The notes under the pieces are model-generated. The model was not told where the DNA came from. It searched no databases and saw only the letters and a list, made by a program, of their open reading frames with translations. A program made the translations under genes and the position numbers. Shown here one piece after another: positions 36,712 to 47,291 of a DNA stretch of 64,000 nt. Position 1 is the first letter of the stretch, and every line of letters begins with the position of its first letter. This DNA comes from an uncultured bacterium (GTDB lineage: Bacteria > Bacteroidota > Rhodothermia > Rhodothermales > UBA10348). The stretch lies in assembly GCA_943788505.1 (NCBI GenBank), contig CALSQR010000002.1, forward strand, positions 1,244,161 to 1,308,160. Reading direction: 5' to 3'.

Positions 36712-38085
36712 TCATTTAAAGACCAATCGGTCTGCTTCGTTGAAGGTGTCATAGGAAGAGGTAACAACACGTTCTCCCGGCTGTAGGCCTTCGAGAACTT
36801 CGTACACTTCGAGATTTTTGCGTCCACGGCGGATAGCCCGTTTTTCGGCAAACTCTCCTGATGGATCGACAACATAGATCCAGTTACCACCGGTGGTCTG
36901 GAAGAACCCACCTTGAGGTACGACAACTGCATCAGCCGGGTCACTCATTTCCAATCTGAAGCGGACGGTCTGGCCACGCCGAATAGTTGGAGGCGATTCG
37001 TTTACGAAGTCCAAATCGATCTCGAATCGGGAATTGACCACTTCAGGGTAAACGCGGCGAACAATCATTTCGTATTCCTGACCCGCAATAGCATTGGTCA
37101 AGGCTCTCTGACCTCGTTGGACACGACTAATATGGAATTCGTCGATACCTGCGCGAACCTTAACACCGTCGAGTACGTCGATCTGTCCGAAACGGAAACC
37201 AGATGTTTTCAATTGCCCAAGCTCAGCATTCAGCTGCGAAAGCTGACCAGCTACAGGAGCACGAAGTGTCAGATTGTCCAGCCGCTGGTTGATGATGGTG
37301 AAGTTCTGCTCCATGCGAGCGACAGCTCCTTCCATCTGGTCAATTTGGATGCGCTGGCGCAAGCTGTCCTGTTGATAAGCGCGAAGCGTTAGAGCACGTC
37401 GGTTGAACAGGTAGTCATACTCGTCCTTAGTCGCTTCATATTCAGCTAGGGAAATGAGCTGTCGTTCGTAGAGGGCCTCATTGCGATCGTGATCGCGCTT
37501 CAAACGCTTGATATTGTAGTCCATGTCGGCAAGCTGCTGCTGCATAGACAAGTTGTTCTGCTCGACCCGGAAACGAGTGTCTTCGAGCCTGTTGTTCTGC
37601 TCGATTCGCTGTGTTTCGGTCTGCAGGAGGCTCAGTTGCAATGTCGGGTTGGATAGCCGCAGAATTGGTTGTCCTTCGATGACTTCTTCGCCCTCAAGAA
37701 TAAAGATCTCCTCGATTCGGCCACCTTCTACGGCATCCAAGAAATGAATAGTTCTAGGTTCAACATTTCCCGTGCCCGGTACCATTTCCTGGAACGGCTC
37801 AAATGTGACGTCTGAAATGGAAAGCCGCTCAAGCTCAACATTCAGTTTTCGACCACCCGTGGTCGTTGATAATCCCCAGATTACCAGCGCAATAAAAGCC
37901 AAAATGACCGCTATCATCCCGATCCGTTTCGGAGTCCAGGTCTTTTTTTCAAGTTTGCGATCCATGCCTTCTCCACCACCGCGGCTCTGTGGGCCCGAAG
38001 GAGAATCGCCGCCGGTGGAGGTACCACGCGGAGCAAGCAGCGTATCAAGCGAGCTGCGTTTTGCAGAGGGGGACTCGGTGCTCAT
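36712..38085 (-). CDS. HlyD/MacA-family periplasmic adaptor (membrane fusion protein)
   Basis: 457 aa with an N-terminal TM anchor (IGMIAVILAFIALVIWGL). A biotinyl-lipoyl-like hairpin, a long coiled coil and a C-terminal beta-barrel (GERVVTSSYDTF) follow. Confidence 0.9.
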   Translation of the reverse strand: MSTESPSAKRSSLDTLLAPRGTSTGGDSPSGPQSRGGGEGMDRKLEKKTWTPKRIGMIAVILAFIALVIWGLSTTTGGRKLNVELERLSISDVTFEPFQEMVPGTGNVEPRTIHFLDAVEGGRIEEIFILEGEEVIEGQPILRLSNPTLQLSLLQTETQRIEQNNRLEDTRFRVEQNNLSMQQQLADMDYNIKRLKRDHDRNEALYERQLISLAEYEATKDEYDYLFNRRALTLRAYQQDSLRQRIQIDQMEGAVARMEQNFTIINQRLDNLTLRAPVAGQLSQLNAELGQLKTSGFRFGQIDVLDGVKVRAGIDEFHISRVQRGQRALTNAIAGQEYEMIVRRVYPEVVNSRFEIDLDFVNESPPTIRRGQTVRFRLEMSDPADAVVVPQGGFFQTTGGNWIYVVDPSGEFAEKRAIRRGRKNLEVYEVLEGLQPGERVVTSSYDTFNEADRLVFK

Positions 38086-38350
38086 CAGATAAAAAGGGAG
38101 TGGAATTGGTAGTCATTCAAGGCGTTCTCCTTCACGTAAAGAGCAGGGCAATTGTTGCACTTAGGATTAAAGACGCTCTATTCGGCCAAAAACGAAGAAA
38201 AAGGATACCATTTCTCACGAGAGCGGACAGGGTGCGTTACATTTTAGTCGGCTTCATGGCCGGCAGATGTATATTTAGACTCATTCGAGGAGGAAGGGAC
38301 TAGACCCAACCGATTCCTTGTTTTGATACATTGAATTAGCCTCCTTCCAG

Positions 38351-38800
38351 ATGGGACGAATTGTCCGCACCGGCGATACACCGGCTAAGCGCCGAAATCT
38401 GCACCGCCGCTCATGCGCTGAAGTTATTCGCATGCTTTCTCAACGCCACACCATTGATGATGAATGGGCAGATATGGTGTCTTTCCTTGTTTTCAGTCTA
38501 CGGGGCATCCACGAAACTATCGAACAGAGTGCCGGTGCGTGGGACGATCGGAATTATTGGAAAAAAGCTGAAGCTCTTCGTCATAAATGGCGATGGACGG
38601 AGAAAAAATCCGAGGAAATTGCCCAGATGATCGTGAAGGAAGACTGGCACTTGATAGCAAATGAGATGATTGGGTTGATCCCGCACTTCTCGGATGTTAC
38701 TATAAACAGCATCACCCGGGGACCGGACTGGTGGGTTGGAGCCCGAAAAGCCTTGGTCAAAGAACTCCAGAACCCGGAGTCTTCCACATCAACGACCTAG
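38351..38800 (+). CDS. Hypothetical protein
   Basis: 149 aa ORF with no antisense competitor and protein-like composition. I recognised no domain. Confidence 0.5.
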   Translation: MGRIVRTGDTPAKRRNLHRRSCAEVIRMLSQRHTIDDEWADMVSFLVFSLRGIHETIEQSAGAWDDRNYWKKAEALRHKWRWTEKKSEEIAQMIVKEDWHLIANEMIGLIPHFSDVTINSITRGPDWWVGARKALVKELQNPESSTSTT

Positions 38801-38811
38801 AGGTACGTCCC

Positions 38812-39375
38812 GTGATCAAGGATCATACGTCGCTCAAAGCAGGGTCCCTGCTGATCGCTCCGCCCATGCAATGGGATTCAAATTTTCGCCGATCGGTCAT
38901 ACTGCTGTGCGAACATTCGGATAACGGGAGTTTCGGTTTGATCCTAAATCGGACGCTAACACTCGTGATGGAACAGGTCTTTGATGACCTTCCTGGATTC
39001 AGCGAGGAAATAAGTTGGGGTGGTCCAGTCCAGCCCGAAACCCTCCATTTTTTACATCGTCTCCCAGATCAATTGGACGGCGGTATTGAAGTACGTCCCG
39101 GTGTTTTCTGGGGAGGTGACTTCGATTTGGTTAAGGCGGGAATTCGATCCGGAACGATAAGTCCAGATGACATCCGCTTCTTCCTTGGGTATTCCGGCTG
39201 GTCACCGGGTCAATTGGCTGATGAAGTAGGTCACGGTGGATGGATCGTGGCCGACTCCTCTGAGGAATTTGTATTTGACACAGCCGAAGATGCTGTTTGG
39301 GGCCAGTCAATGCGCTCCAAAGGGGGCTCTTATACCATCCTAGCAAATTTTCCGGAGTACCCGAGCCTAAACTAA
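38812..39375 (+). CDS. YqgE/AlgH-family protein (UPF0301)
   Basis: SLLIAPPMQWDSNFRRSVILLCEHSDNGSFGLILNR and FLGYSGWSPGQLADE are present. The in-frame GTG at 38812 gives 187 aa, the usual family length, and removes a 70-nt overlap that the track start at 38731 creates. Confidence 0.85.
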   Translation: MIKDHTSLKAGSLLIAPPMQWDSNFRRSVILLCEHSDNGSFGLILNRTLTLVMEQVFDDLPGFSEEISWGGPVQPETLHFLHRLPDQLDGGIEVRPGVFWGGDFDLVKAGIRSGTISPDDIRFFLGYSGWSPGQLADEVGHGGWIVADSSEEFVFDTAEDAVWGQSMRSKGGSYTILANFPEYPSLN

Positions 39376-39427
39376 TAGGCTCCGGTCATGTGAGTCACTA
39401 CGTGCCTAGCACGTGAGAATGCAGAGA

Positions 39428-40096
39428 TTATCCACCGCTGCTGATCAAGCGCATGAATTCTGCTCTTGTGTGGGCGTTGTCAAGGAAAGGCCCCGACATG
39501 GAACTGGTTGTCGTGGACGAATTCTGCTTTTGCACGCCACGCATCACCATGCAAAGATGAGTTGCCTCGATGACTACCGCGACTCCCTGAGGCTTTAGTG
39601 CCGTCTGGATGGCGTCCCGGATTTGGAGCGTAAGTCGCTCTTGAACTTGGAGCCGACGAGCAAAAACATCAACGACCCGAGGGATCTTGGACAGTCCAAC
39701 GATATGGCCGTCAGGGATGTATGCTACGTGAGCCTTGCCGAAAAACGGGACCATGTGGTGCTCGCACATGCTGTAGAGTTCAATATCCTTGACCACGATC
39801 ATCTCGTCATACGATTCTTCAAACACGGCGCTGCGAAGTATTTCCTCTGCATCCTGTCCGTATCCCTGGGTCAAGAACAGCTGAGCTTTGGCTACCCGCT
39901 CAGGCGTTTTGAGCAGTCCTTCGCGGTTAGGGTCTTCCCCGATAGCTTCAAGAGTTGTCTTGACGCTTCCTGACAGCCGTTCGATCGCGTCGGCGTCGTA
40001 GCTCAATTTTTCGTCGAACAATTTGTGATGGTCCATGGGAGGAAACGTTGATGATAACTGATTGATTAATTGGACGTTATTGACTTCAGGGGTCAT
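39428..40096 (-). CDS. folE: GTP cyclohydrolase I
   Basis: 222 aa with the diagnostic [20 protein letters not shown] and QVQERLT. Confidence 0.95.
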   Translation of the reverse strand: MTPEVNNVQLINQLSSTFPPMDHHKLFDEKLSYDADAIERLSGSVKTTLEAIGEDPNREGLLKTPERVAKAQLFLTQGYGQDAEEILRSAVFEESYDEMIVVKDIELYSMCEHHMVPFFGKAHVAYIPDGHIVGLSKIPRVVDVFARRLQVQERLTLQIRDAIQTALKPQGVAVVIEATHLCMVMRGVQKQNSSTTTSSMSGPFLDNAHTRAEFMRLISSGG

Positions 40097-40119
40097 TGAC
40101 TTCAGGGGTCAGAGGTAAG

Positions 40120-40548
40120 CTATTCTCCTCTGTAGTCAACAAAATTGCGTTCGGTTTCATAGAGCCTGATACACTCCAGGCGAGCGCCTTCGATGCGAGG
40201 TTCGAGTTGCTTCCAGAAAGCAACCACAAGGTTTTCAGCAGACGGAATGATTCCTTTCAAAAAAGGGACGTCCAAATTCAGGTTCGAGTGGTCGCAAGGT
40301 TCGATAATTGTCTCCCATAGGAGGTCCTTGAGTTTACCCAGATCCATAACATATCCCGTGTCTGGATCGGGCTCTCCAGCGATGGTCACTTCCAAGTTGT
40401 AGTTGTGACCATGCCAATTGGGAGAATTGCATTTACCAAAGGTATCTCCGTTCCACTCGTCTGATTTCTCCGGGTTATGGAGACGATGAGCGGCGTTGAA
40501 ATGGACCTTGCGAGTTATATGGACCGTAGGCATGATTCGAATGGTCAA
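40120..40548 (-). CDS. queD: 6-carboxy-5,6,7,8-tetrahydropterin synthase / 6-pyruvoyl-tetrahydropterin synthase family
   Basis: 142 aa with FNAAHRL, CNSPNWHGHNY and the EPCDHSNLN motif. It lies immediately upstream of folE on the same strand. Confidence 0.85.
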   Translation of the reverse strand: MTIRIMPTVHITRKVHFNAAHRLHNPEKSDEWNGDTFGKCNSPNWHGHNYNLEVTIAGEPDPDTGYVMDLGKLKDLLWETIIEPCDHSNLNLDVPFLKGIIPSAENLVVAFWKQLEPRIEGARLECIRLYETERNFVDYRGE

Positions 40549-40701
40549 CAGTGATGGATGGCCGAAAACCCGGCCTCTAATCGTAAACAGGGCTTACCAC
40601 TGTGCGTTCCGGACCGCTGAGTTGCGCAGCCCTTCCATGTGTTTCAACAAATCCCTGCCAGACATCACCTATATTCTGATCGAATCAGAAAATTGGACTT
40701 C

Positions 40702-41046
40702 ATGGCTGAAAAAACACTATTCCAACGAATTGCTGACGGGGAAATTCCGGCAGATATCGTACATGAGGATGAGCTCTGTATCGCATTTCGCGATATCAAC
40801 CCTCATGCTCCAACCCACATCTTGGTAGTGCCAAGAAAACCGATTCCATCGCTTGACGATCTCGAGGATGCAGATCGAGACGTAGTGGGCCATCTTTTTC
40901 TATGTGCTCGAGATATTGCGAAGAGCGAAGGTCTAAGCGAAGGGTACCGAACGGTCTTCAATTGTGGAAAACACGGACAGCAAACTGTAAACCATCTTCA
41001 TCTCCATCTCTTGGGTGGGCGACAGATGCAATGGCCACCTGGGTGA
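40702..41046 (+). CDS. HIT-family (histidine triad) nucleotide-binding protein
   Basis: I prefer the ATG at 40702 (MAEKTLFQRIADGEIPADIVHEDE). The histidine triad HLHLHLLGG is present. Confidence 0.9.
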   Translation: MAEKTLFQRIADGEIPADIVHEDELCIAFRDINPHAPTHILVVPRKPIPSLDDLEDADRDVVGHLFLCARDIAKSEGLSEGYRTVFNCGKHGQQTVNHLHLHLLGGRQMQWPPG

Positions 41047-41166
41047 TTTTAGAAACCGAAGAGAAGGTCGGTGGGTCTCGTGATGGAGCATTCTTTGTCG
41101 GACATATCGATATGGCTTCGGAAGAGGGCGGTGGCGCCCAACATTTTGCATGGACGCAAGCGAGAC

Positions 41167-43200
41167 ATGGTACGCTTGCCATTACTGCTGTTTGCTGTCC
41201 TTACCACCGTTTTTGTAGCTGTATTCGCCGCTGCCCCGGCCGTCAATGCCCAGGCGCAATCAAGACCTCGAGATAGCGATCCCCCCCAAACCACAGTGCT
41301 ACAAGCAGGGTTTGAACGCGACGTCAATCGGTATCGGTGGACAGCAGGCTTGGACTCGCGTCTTGATCTAGGAGGATGGAATCTGATGCTGAGTGACAGA
41401 TACCGATCTGACGCTTTCCTGCTATTTGATGATCGGCTCAGTTTCCGAGATGAGAACAAATTCCGCTTTGATGCACGACAACAACAGGATGGACAAGGGG
41501 GCGAATTCGTTGTATTTGGTACGGCCGATTGGTACAGTTTGAGCAGAGTCTTCAGGCAGGATGTTTGGGGAGGATATCGATTTCGCCCTACCTCGCGAAT
41601 ATGGATTGAACCGGCGGTCGGGTTTTCAACAGATGCTCGTCCTGGCTTCGGCGCCAATGCTGCTACGGTTCCGGTGCGCACTGATTTCGGTCCATCAGCC
41701 GGACTGCGCTTTGCCATGCCCATGGCAGATCTTGGTGGGTATCTGACAGAGGCCTCTGGGATCGCACAAATCCAGCGAACAGCACCACGAACTGGGCGAA
41801 TGCTACGATCTAATCTGGCTAGCTCGAGGACGTTCGAACGAACAAGTATTAGGACTCGAGTCTCGGGCTCGAGTGTGAGGCGGGATGCGTATCAGGCAGC
41901 TTCATTCCTGAATCGGGACGATTCGTCTGGTCGGCAAACAGAAACCGTTGAATCTACCCGAAGCGATACGGTTATGGTTGGGCTTGACGTAGAATCCAGA
42001 TTAGCCAGGCCGTTTATCGTAACGGGGTCACTTGACGTATCGGCCAACTCTCGTCGCGTTCAGACCTTACGGGCTCCGGAGTCAGCCTTGTTTTTCGACT
42101 CGGATTTTGATCGGCGAACCGTGGAGGCGACGTTCGCAGGTCGGTGGGAAAAGGACGAGGTTCGGGCTCGTCTCGCCTTCACGGCAGGCGTTGAAACGGA
42201 GCGTCGTCGGCTTCGCAATGCTGATGACTTACCTGCGGCACAAGCCGTACAAAAATTGAATCTCTTAAGGCAGGCCGACAATGAGCGTGGCTATTTTTCG
42301 TTCCAAGGAACGGTCAATATGATGCCGCTGAGGTGGTGGAGCATAATGTTTGATGGTTCTGCGAACATCCTTCGACACGATACACCAGAAGTGAACCCCG
42401 ATGATCGGGACGAACTCCTCTATAACGGTGTTATGGGTTCCAGAATCCAAATCAGGGACGGTCTGGATGTAACACTGCAGGTTTTTGGATCATGGTTTCA
42501 CACAGTGTACCTGAAATCGATACGGTCCGCTGAAAACTCGGTGCAGCGCTCCCTGAGGTACCGACCGAGTATTCGCTGGAGCCCAACTCGGGATACGCGG
42601 TTGCGGCTCTCAAGTGAAGTGCGAGCAACCTACACAGTAGATGATTTTCTTCTTCCCGGTCGTCGGCCCACTGATCAGGCTGCTCGGGAAATCAGGTATG
42701 ATTTTGAGGGAGATCATAATTTTGGCGATGGTCTTCGCCTGCGAATTACGGCTTCTATTTCTGACTTGCAGCTAGGCCGGTTCTTGGACGATGTGTTTGC
42801 CGAAATCCCCTTTGATACTCTTCGGACGTATAGCGGCTGGGCTCGAGTACAGACCGGCGGAAAGGTATCGGCGGAGATTGGAATGAGGCTCTTTATTCGA
42901 ACGGGTTTTGATCGATCATCTACCATTCGGTATATCATACCAGAATCTGGTGAGGAAGCCGCCGTTACTCGTCAAGGAAGGCAACGTATCGACCAGATTG
43001 GGCCAACAATGGCCGTTTCATGGCCAATGCGGCATAACGCGTATCTTCGAGTCGATGGATGGGCAACTCTTCAGCGTGTATCGTACACCTTGTATGGTGA
43101 TCTTCCTGAAGGACGCGAGTCGCTCATAAGGAAAGCAGCTTCAAAGGGACGCACAACAATGATTCCCAACCTTTCTGTTACCATGCAGTGGGGATTTTGA
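41167..43200 (+). CDS. Large outer-membrane beta-barrel protein, function unknown
   Basis: I prefer the ATG at 41167 (MVRLPLLLFAVLTTVFVAVFAAAPAVNAQ signal peptide). It shows an alternating strand pattern throughout and ends in the OMP-type terminal residues MQWGF. Confidence 0.7.
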   Translation: MVRLPLLLFAVLTTVFVAVFAAAPAVNAQAQSRPRDSDPPQTTVLQAGFERDVNRYRWTAGLDSRLDLGGWNLMLSDRYRSDAFLLFDDRLSFRDENKFRFDARQQQDGQGGEFVVFGTADWYSLSRVFRQDVWGGYRFRPTSRIWIEPAVGFSTDARPGFGANAATVPVRTDFGPSAGLRFAMPMADLGGYLTEASGIAQIQRTAPRTGRMLRSNLASSRTFERTSIRTRVSGSSVRRDAYQAASFLNRDDSSGRQTETVESTRSDTVMVGLDVESRLARPFIVTGSLDVSANSRRVQTLRAPESALFFDSDFDRRTVEATFAGRWEKDEVRARLAFTAGVETERRRLRNADDLPAAQAVQKLNLLRQADNERGYFSFQGTVNMMPLRWWSIMFDGSANILRHDTPEVNPDDRDELLYNGVMGSRIQIRDGLDVTLQVFGSWFHTVYLKSIRSAENSVQRSLRYRPSIRWSPTRDTRLRLSSEVRATYTVDDFLLPGRRPTDQAAREIRYDFEGDHNFGDGLRLRITASISDLQLGRFLDDVFAEIPFDTLRTYSGWARVQTGGKVSAEIGMRLFIRTGFDRSSTIRYIIPESGEEAAVTRQGRQRIDQIGPTMAVSWPMRHNAYLRVDGWATLQRVSYTLYGDLPEGRESLIRKAASKGRTTMIPNLSVTMQWGF

Positions 43201-43216
43201 TACCCGGACTTCATTC

Positions 43217-43831
43217 ATGATACGTGTAGGAATAACAGGGGGGATCGGTAGCGGCAAGTCCATGGTTCGGGACCTGTTTCAGAAACATGGTGCGCTTGTT
43301 TTTGACGCAGATGCCGAGGCGCGAGAATTGATGGAGAATGACCCTCGGGTCATTGACAAACTCCGGCGTGTTCTAGGCGAAAAAGCGTGGCAGCCGAATG
43401 GCAAGCTCGACCGTCCATGGATAGCGACCAGAATATTTTCTGATGATGAGCTTCGACAACGGGTAAATGCTATTGTACACCCGGCTGTCCGCGAAAGATT
43501 TTTGGCTGTAGCCGCCAAGGCAGAAGCTGACGGTTTTGTCATGTTGGTTAGGGAGGCCGCCCTCTTGCCTTCTGCCTCCCAATTGGATCAGTTGGATGTC
43601 CTACTTTATGTCGCGACTCCAGAATCTGTTCGGCTACAACGGGTTATGACAAGAGACAATGCGGTCCCATCGGATCTTCAAGCCCGAATGCGTGCCCAAC
43701 CATCGGATCAGGAGTATGCAGCTATTTCCGATATTGTGTTGAAGAATGACGGATCGGTGGATGACCTTGAAGCCGCTGTCAAAAAGTTATGGGACGATTT
43801 TAATAGTGGGGTCTACTCAAGAAATGATTGA
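43217..43831 (+). CDS. coaE: Dephospho-CoA kinase
   Basis: 204 aa with the P-loop IGITGGIGSGKS and VFDADAEARELM. Confidence 0.9.
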   Translation: MIRVGITGGIGSGKSMVRDLFQKHGALVFDADAEARELMENDPRVIDKLRRVLGEKAWQPNGKLDRPWIATRIFSDDELRQRVNAIVHPAVRERFLAVAAKAEADGFVMLVREAALLPSASQLDQLDVLLYVATPESVRLQRVMTRDNAVPSDLQARMRAQPSDQEYAAISDIVLKNDGSVDDLEAAVKKLWDDFNSGVYSRND

Positions 43832-44402
43832 AATCGGTCCAAACGTTCCCCGCAGGCGCAATCGCTTTTTGCGCTTCATCGGCAATTCAGTGCTGCGCAT
43901 CGCGGGATGGAAGATTACCGGTCGCATCGCCGACGAATCACGCTTTGTACTCTCAGGTGGGCCTCACACGTCAAATTGGGATTTTATCTTTGCCCTCATG
44001 TCTTGCTGGAGCTTAGAGTTGGAAGTTCATTGGGTGGGCAAGCACACCATATTCCGGTGGCCTTTCAAAAGGTTGTTCCGGTATTTCGGCGGTATTCCCG
44101 TTAACCGAGCTAATCCCGGGGTCCTTTTCAGAGATATCCTGAATGGCTTTAACAATAACGAGGCGTTCGTTTTAGCCCTTGCCCCGGAAGGTACACGGCG
44201 TAAGGTCAAACGCTTCAAGCCGGGGTTTCACCGCATCGCATTGAAAGCTGGGGTCCCCATAATTCCAGCTGGAGTTGACTTCGGCAAAAAGGCACTCGAA
44301 TTCGGACCACCTATCATTGCGTCGACAGATTATCAGGCGGATAGCGATAAGCTGCGCTCCTACTACTCAGGCTTTACGCCCCGGTATCCAGATCAATTCT
44401 GA
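43824..44402 (+). CDS. 1-acyl-sn-glycerol-3-phosphate acyltransferase-family protein
   Basis: The ATG at 43824 overlaps the coaE stop by 8 nt. It has the HX4D acyltransferase motif (PHTSNWD) and APEGTR. Confidence 0.8.
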   Translation: MIEIGPNVPRRRNRFLRFIGNSVLRIAGWKITGRIADESRFVLSGGPHTSNWDFIFALMSCWSLELEVHWVGKHTIFRWPFKRLFRYFGGIPVNRANPGVLFRDILNGFNNNEAFVLALAPEGTRRKVKRFKPGFHRIALKAGVPIIPAGVDFGKKALEFGPPIIASTDYQADSDKLRSYYSGFTPRYPDQF

Positions 44403-44537
44403 CCGATCTACTTGATCTCTTTCGCTGAAAGGAACAAACTAAGTGCTGAAATACGCTCTCGGTGCTTAATTACGTCGTAAATCCGTCGATTAAAGAGGGG
44501 ACTCCAAGAGCTCAAGCTCTCCTGAATACCCTGAGCC

Positions 44538-46973
44538 ATGACGAAACTCCTTTCACTTTACGGAAGAACGGTCAGCCTGATCGTTGTCTTATTCGTTGTT
44601 TCCTTTACCGTTTTGACACTCGCCTTTCTGGCTATGTCTGCCATGGAGGAACGCGACCGCGTGAGGGATTTAGAGAAAACCATTCTCACGGCAAATACCG
44701 GGGCACGGGACTTCATGCTGACGCGTGATCCGCAGGATGCAAAAGATACCGAGCTACTCCTCCAAAAAGCGGATTTGGTTGTGCGTAAAGGTATACGGGC
44801 AACCAATTATCAGCAGTTACACAACGAGGTACTGCTGTATCTGCACACGATTAATAATCTGATCGAAGTCTATCAGCGACGGGGCTTCTACGAGGATGAA
44901 GGGATAGAAGGACAGATTCGCTCACGGCTGAATCGTCTAGATGCAATGCTGGAAGAACGAGGGCAATCTGAAGCCCGCATTTCGCTTCTTTCTGCCCGTC
45001 GCATGGAAAAAAACTTTTTGCTGCGGGAAGATTCTCGTTATGCAGATGGTGTCCATGTGGCTATCGACGACCTCATGAAGCAAATAATGCTCAGTTCGTT
45101 GCCTCAACAGGAAATGACTGCCATTTTTAGCGATCTGAACGAGTATCAACACGATTTCGATGAACTCGTCTCTCTTGTAAATAGGGCTGAATGGATCCAT
45201 GAAGATCTACTGTTGCTTCAGCGTGCTATCGGAAATACGTTGAGTCATGTTATTGGATTGGAGCAGCGCAGAGCGAGGTCTTTTCTATGGGCCTCCCTAG
45301 GTCTCATTTTGTTGGCCTTCGTTATAGGCATCCTTTACTCGATGCACGTAGCCCGAACAGTCCTAAAACCACTCGAATCCGTTCGTGGGTTTGTGAAACG
45401 CGTAGCTGATGGAGAAGAAATTGACCTGGATACCTGGAATGAGTCTGATGATGCTTCTTCGGGCTTGCACGAGTTAATGATTTCGTTCCAAGACGTGGCC
45501 GAGCAGGTTCGATTACGTAAAGAGGCTGAACATGATCTGAAGGTGTCTAAGGAAGCTCTTCAACAGTATGCGGATGAACTCGAGGAAAGGACGGAGCAGT
45601 TAGATCTTGCGGTGGATAAGCTGGGTTTGGCCAAATCCAAGGCAGAGGATGACTCCCGAAACAAGGCTGAGTTCTTGGCCAGCATGAGCCATGAAATTAG
45701 GACGCCGCTCAACGGCATTATTGGAATGACGAGCCTGCTGAATCATGACGAAATGTCAGCTGATCAGCAAGAAATTATTGGCGTCATTCGTACAAGTGGT
45801 GAATCTCTTTTAAGCGTCGTCAACCACGTGCTCGATTTTTCCAAAATCGAAGCGGGTGGGATGAGTCTTGAAGCAGAGCCCACAGATATTGCCACATGCG
45901 TCGAAGATGCGTTGGGAATGATTTCCAGGCAGGCAGCTGAGAAAGGCTTGGATCTTTCCTGCGCTATAGACCCTTGTGTGCCACACGAGATTCTGGGCGA
46001 TGCAGCGAGGATTCGTCAGATCCTGATCAATCTGCTGGGCAACGCTGTAAAGTTTACGCACGAAGGAGAAATTCAGGTTCGCGTTGGCTGCGCCGAGCGA
46101 GGACGGGATCATTTGGTATTGCACTTTAGCATCGAAGACACCGGCATTGGTATCGACGAGGAGCAACTCAAGCATCTATTTAAACCGTTTACTCAGGCTG
46201 AAGCCTCCACATCGCGAAGATTCGGAGGGACGGGTCTTGGCCTTACCATAAGCCAGCGACTTGCCGACCTCATGGGAGGATCGATGTGGGTGGAAAGCCG
46301 CCCTGGACGTGGGTCAACATTCCATTTCAGGATTAATGCCCAGGTCTCCGCTAATTCTAAGCAATACGAGCCACTCGAAATCGCTGGCGGGAAGCGTCTG
46401 CTTTTTCTGACTCAAAAGCCGTTGATCGGCGAGGCGATGGCCATCAATGTCAAGGAGTTCGGGCTCAAAGTGGACATCGTCCAAAGCGAGGAAGAAGCAA
46501 CTGCCCGTTTGAATGAATCCGATTATCTAGCCGTATTCATCAATGAATCGAACGGTGGAATCGACGGCGTTGCCGGGGCAGCTATTGCCCGAATGCTACG
46601 AGGCGATGCGTTGGATACGCCCTTTGTGGTCTTGAGGCACATTCAGCAGCAACTGGGTGACGAAACGATTGCGTGTCTTCTAAAACCACTACGTGCAAGT
46701 GCTTTGCGTGACTTTCTCCAGAGAATTGTAGGAGTTGCAGGCCAACACGAAAACATCATTCCGCTTATGGCCTCTGGGCCATCAACTGTGCGACGCACAA
46801 TCGCAGATGACCGAGAAGCTCAACGCAATGCAACCAGGTTGAAGGTTCTGCTTGTCGAAGACAACGCCGTCAATCAGAAAGTCGGCGTGCGGATGCTAGA
46901 AAAATTGAATTGCTCTGTAGACGTCGTGGACCGCGGGGAAAAAGCGATCGAAGCTGTTCGTTTAGGCAATTAA
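44538..46973 (+). CDS. Hybrid sensor histidine kinase, terminated prematurely inside its C-terminal receiver domain
   Basis: 811 aa with two TM helices flanking a sensor domain, then a HAMP/coiled coil. It has HisKA ([20 protein letters not shown]), HATPase_c ([18 protein letters not shown]) and a degenerate receiver. The true receiver begins [19 protein letters not shown] and hits TAA at 46971..46973. Confidence 0.85.
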   Translation: MTKLLSLYGRTVSLIVVLFVVSFTVLTLAFLAMSAMEERDRVRDLEKTILTANTGARDFMLTRDPQDAKDTELLLQKADLVVRKGIRATNYQQLHNEVLLYLHTINNLIEVYQRRGFYEDEGIEGQIRSRLNRLDAMLEERGQSEARISLLSARRMEKNFLLREDSRYADGVHVAIDDLMKQIMLSSLPQQEMTAIFSDLNEYQHDFDELVSLVNRAEWIHEDLLLLQRAIGNTLSHVIGLEQRRARSFLWASLGLILLAFVIGILYSMHVARTVLKPLESVRGFVKRVADGEEIDLDTWNESDDASSGLHELMISFQDVAEQVRLRKEAEHDLKVSKEALQQYADELEERTEQLDLAVDKLGLAKSKAEDDSRNKAEFLASMSHEIRTPLNGIIGMTSLLNHDEMSADQQEIIGVIRTSGESLLSVVNHVLDFSKIEAGGMSLEAEPTDIATCVEDALGMISRQAAEKGLDLSCAIDPCVPHEILGDAARIRQILINLLGNAVKFTHEGEIQVRVGCAERGRDHLVLHFSIEDTGIGIDEEQLKHLFKPFTQAEASTSRRFGGTGLGLTISQRLADLMGGSMWVESRPGRGSTFHFRINAQVSANSKQYEPLEIAGGKRLLFLTQKPLIGEAMAINVKEFGLKVDIVQSEEEATARLNESDYLAVFINESNGGIDGVAGAAIARMLRGDALDTPFVVLRHIQQQLGDETIACLLKPLRASALRDFLQRIVGVAGQHENIIPLMASGPSTVRRTIADDREAQRNATRLKVLLVEDNAVNQKVGVRMLEKLNCSVDVVDRGEKAIEAVRLGN

Positions 46974-46985
46974 TCACATGTCTTT

Positions 46986-47279
46986 ATGGACGTGCAGATG
47001 CCCGGTATGGATGGCATGGATGCGACAAGACAGATTCGTCGATTAGATAGAATCGTACAGCCGGTAATTATCGCCCTCACAGCGAATGCCACCACAAAAG
47101 ACAGGCATAAGTGCTTGGAGTCCGGAATGGACGATTATGCATCCAAACCCGTCGATCCGAAAATGCTTGGGCTGTTACTTGAGCGGCATTCGTCCGGGGA
47201 TGGGCATCATGGCCTCGTAAGACGAGCGCCTTCGCTCAACAATGGACAGACCGGGGACGTAGAAACGTCAGCTGACTGA
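46986..47279 (+). pseudogene. C-terminal two-thirds of the receiver domain severed from the kinase by the in-frame TAA
   Basis: It is in the same frame as 44538..46973, reading ...RLGN * SHVF MDVQMPGMDG. It holds the phospho-acceptor Asp (FMDVQMP), the conserved T (ALTAN) and K (YASKP). Confidence 0.7.
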
Positions 47280-47291
47280 TCCTTCTTTTTA

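Noticed and set aside
40549-40638. Possible preQ1 or other riboswitch upstream of queD-folE
   Set aside because: I could not find the conserved preQ1-type core or any convincing aptamer-like fold. The only structure is a short 5-bp hairpin.
41049-41723. 224-aa minus-strand ORF
   Set aside because: It is antisense to the 5' part of the outer-membrane barrel gene, which has a signal peptide and a C-terminal aromatic residue. Its product is Arg/Ser/Pro-rich low complexity, typical of a shadow frame.
32963-46973. Idea that the in-frame TAG and TAA reflect stop-codon reassignment, or pyrrolysine or selenocysteine-type recoding
   Set aside because: TAG and TAA clearly terminate well-defined genes here, for example TAG at 8287..8289 ending the OmpA-family gene and TAA at 19189..19191 ending def. 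Two different stop codons are involved. No recoding machinery or signal is visible.
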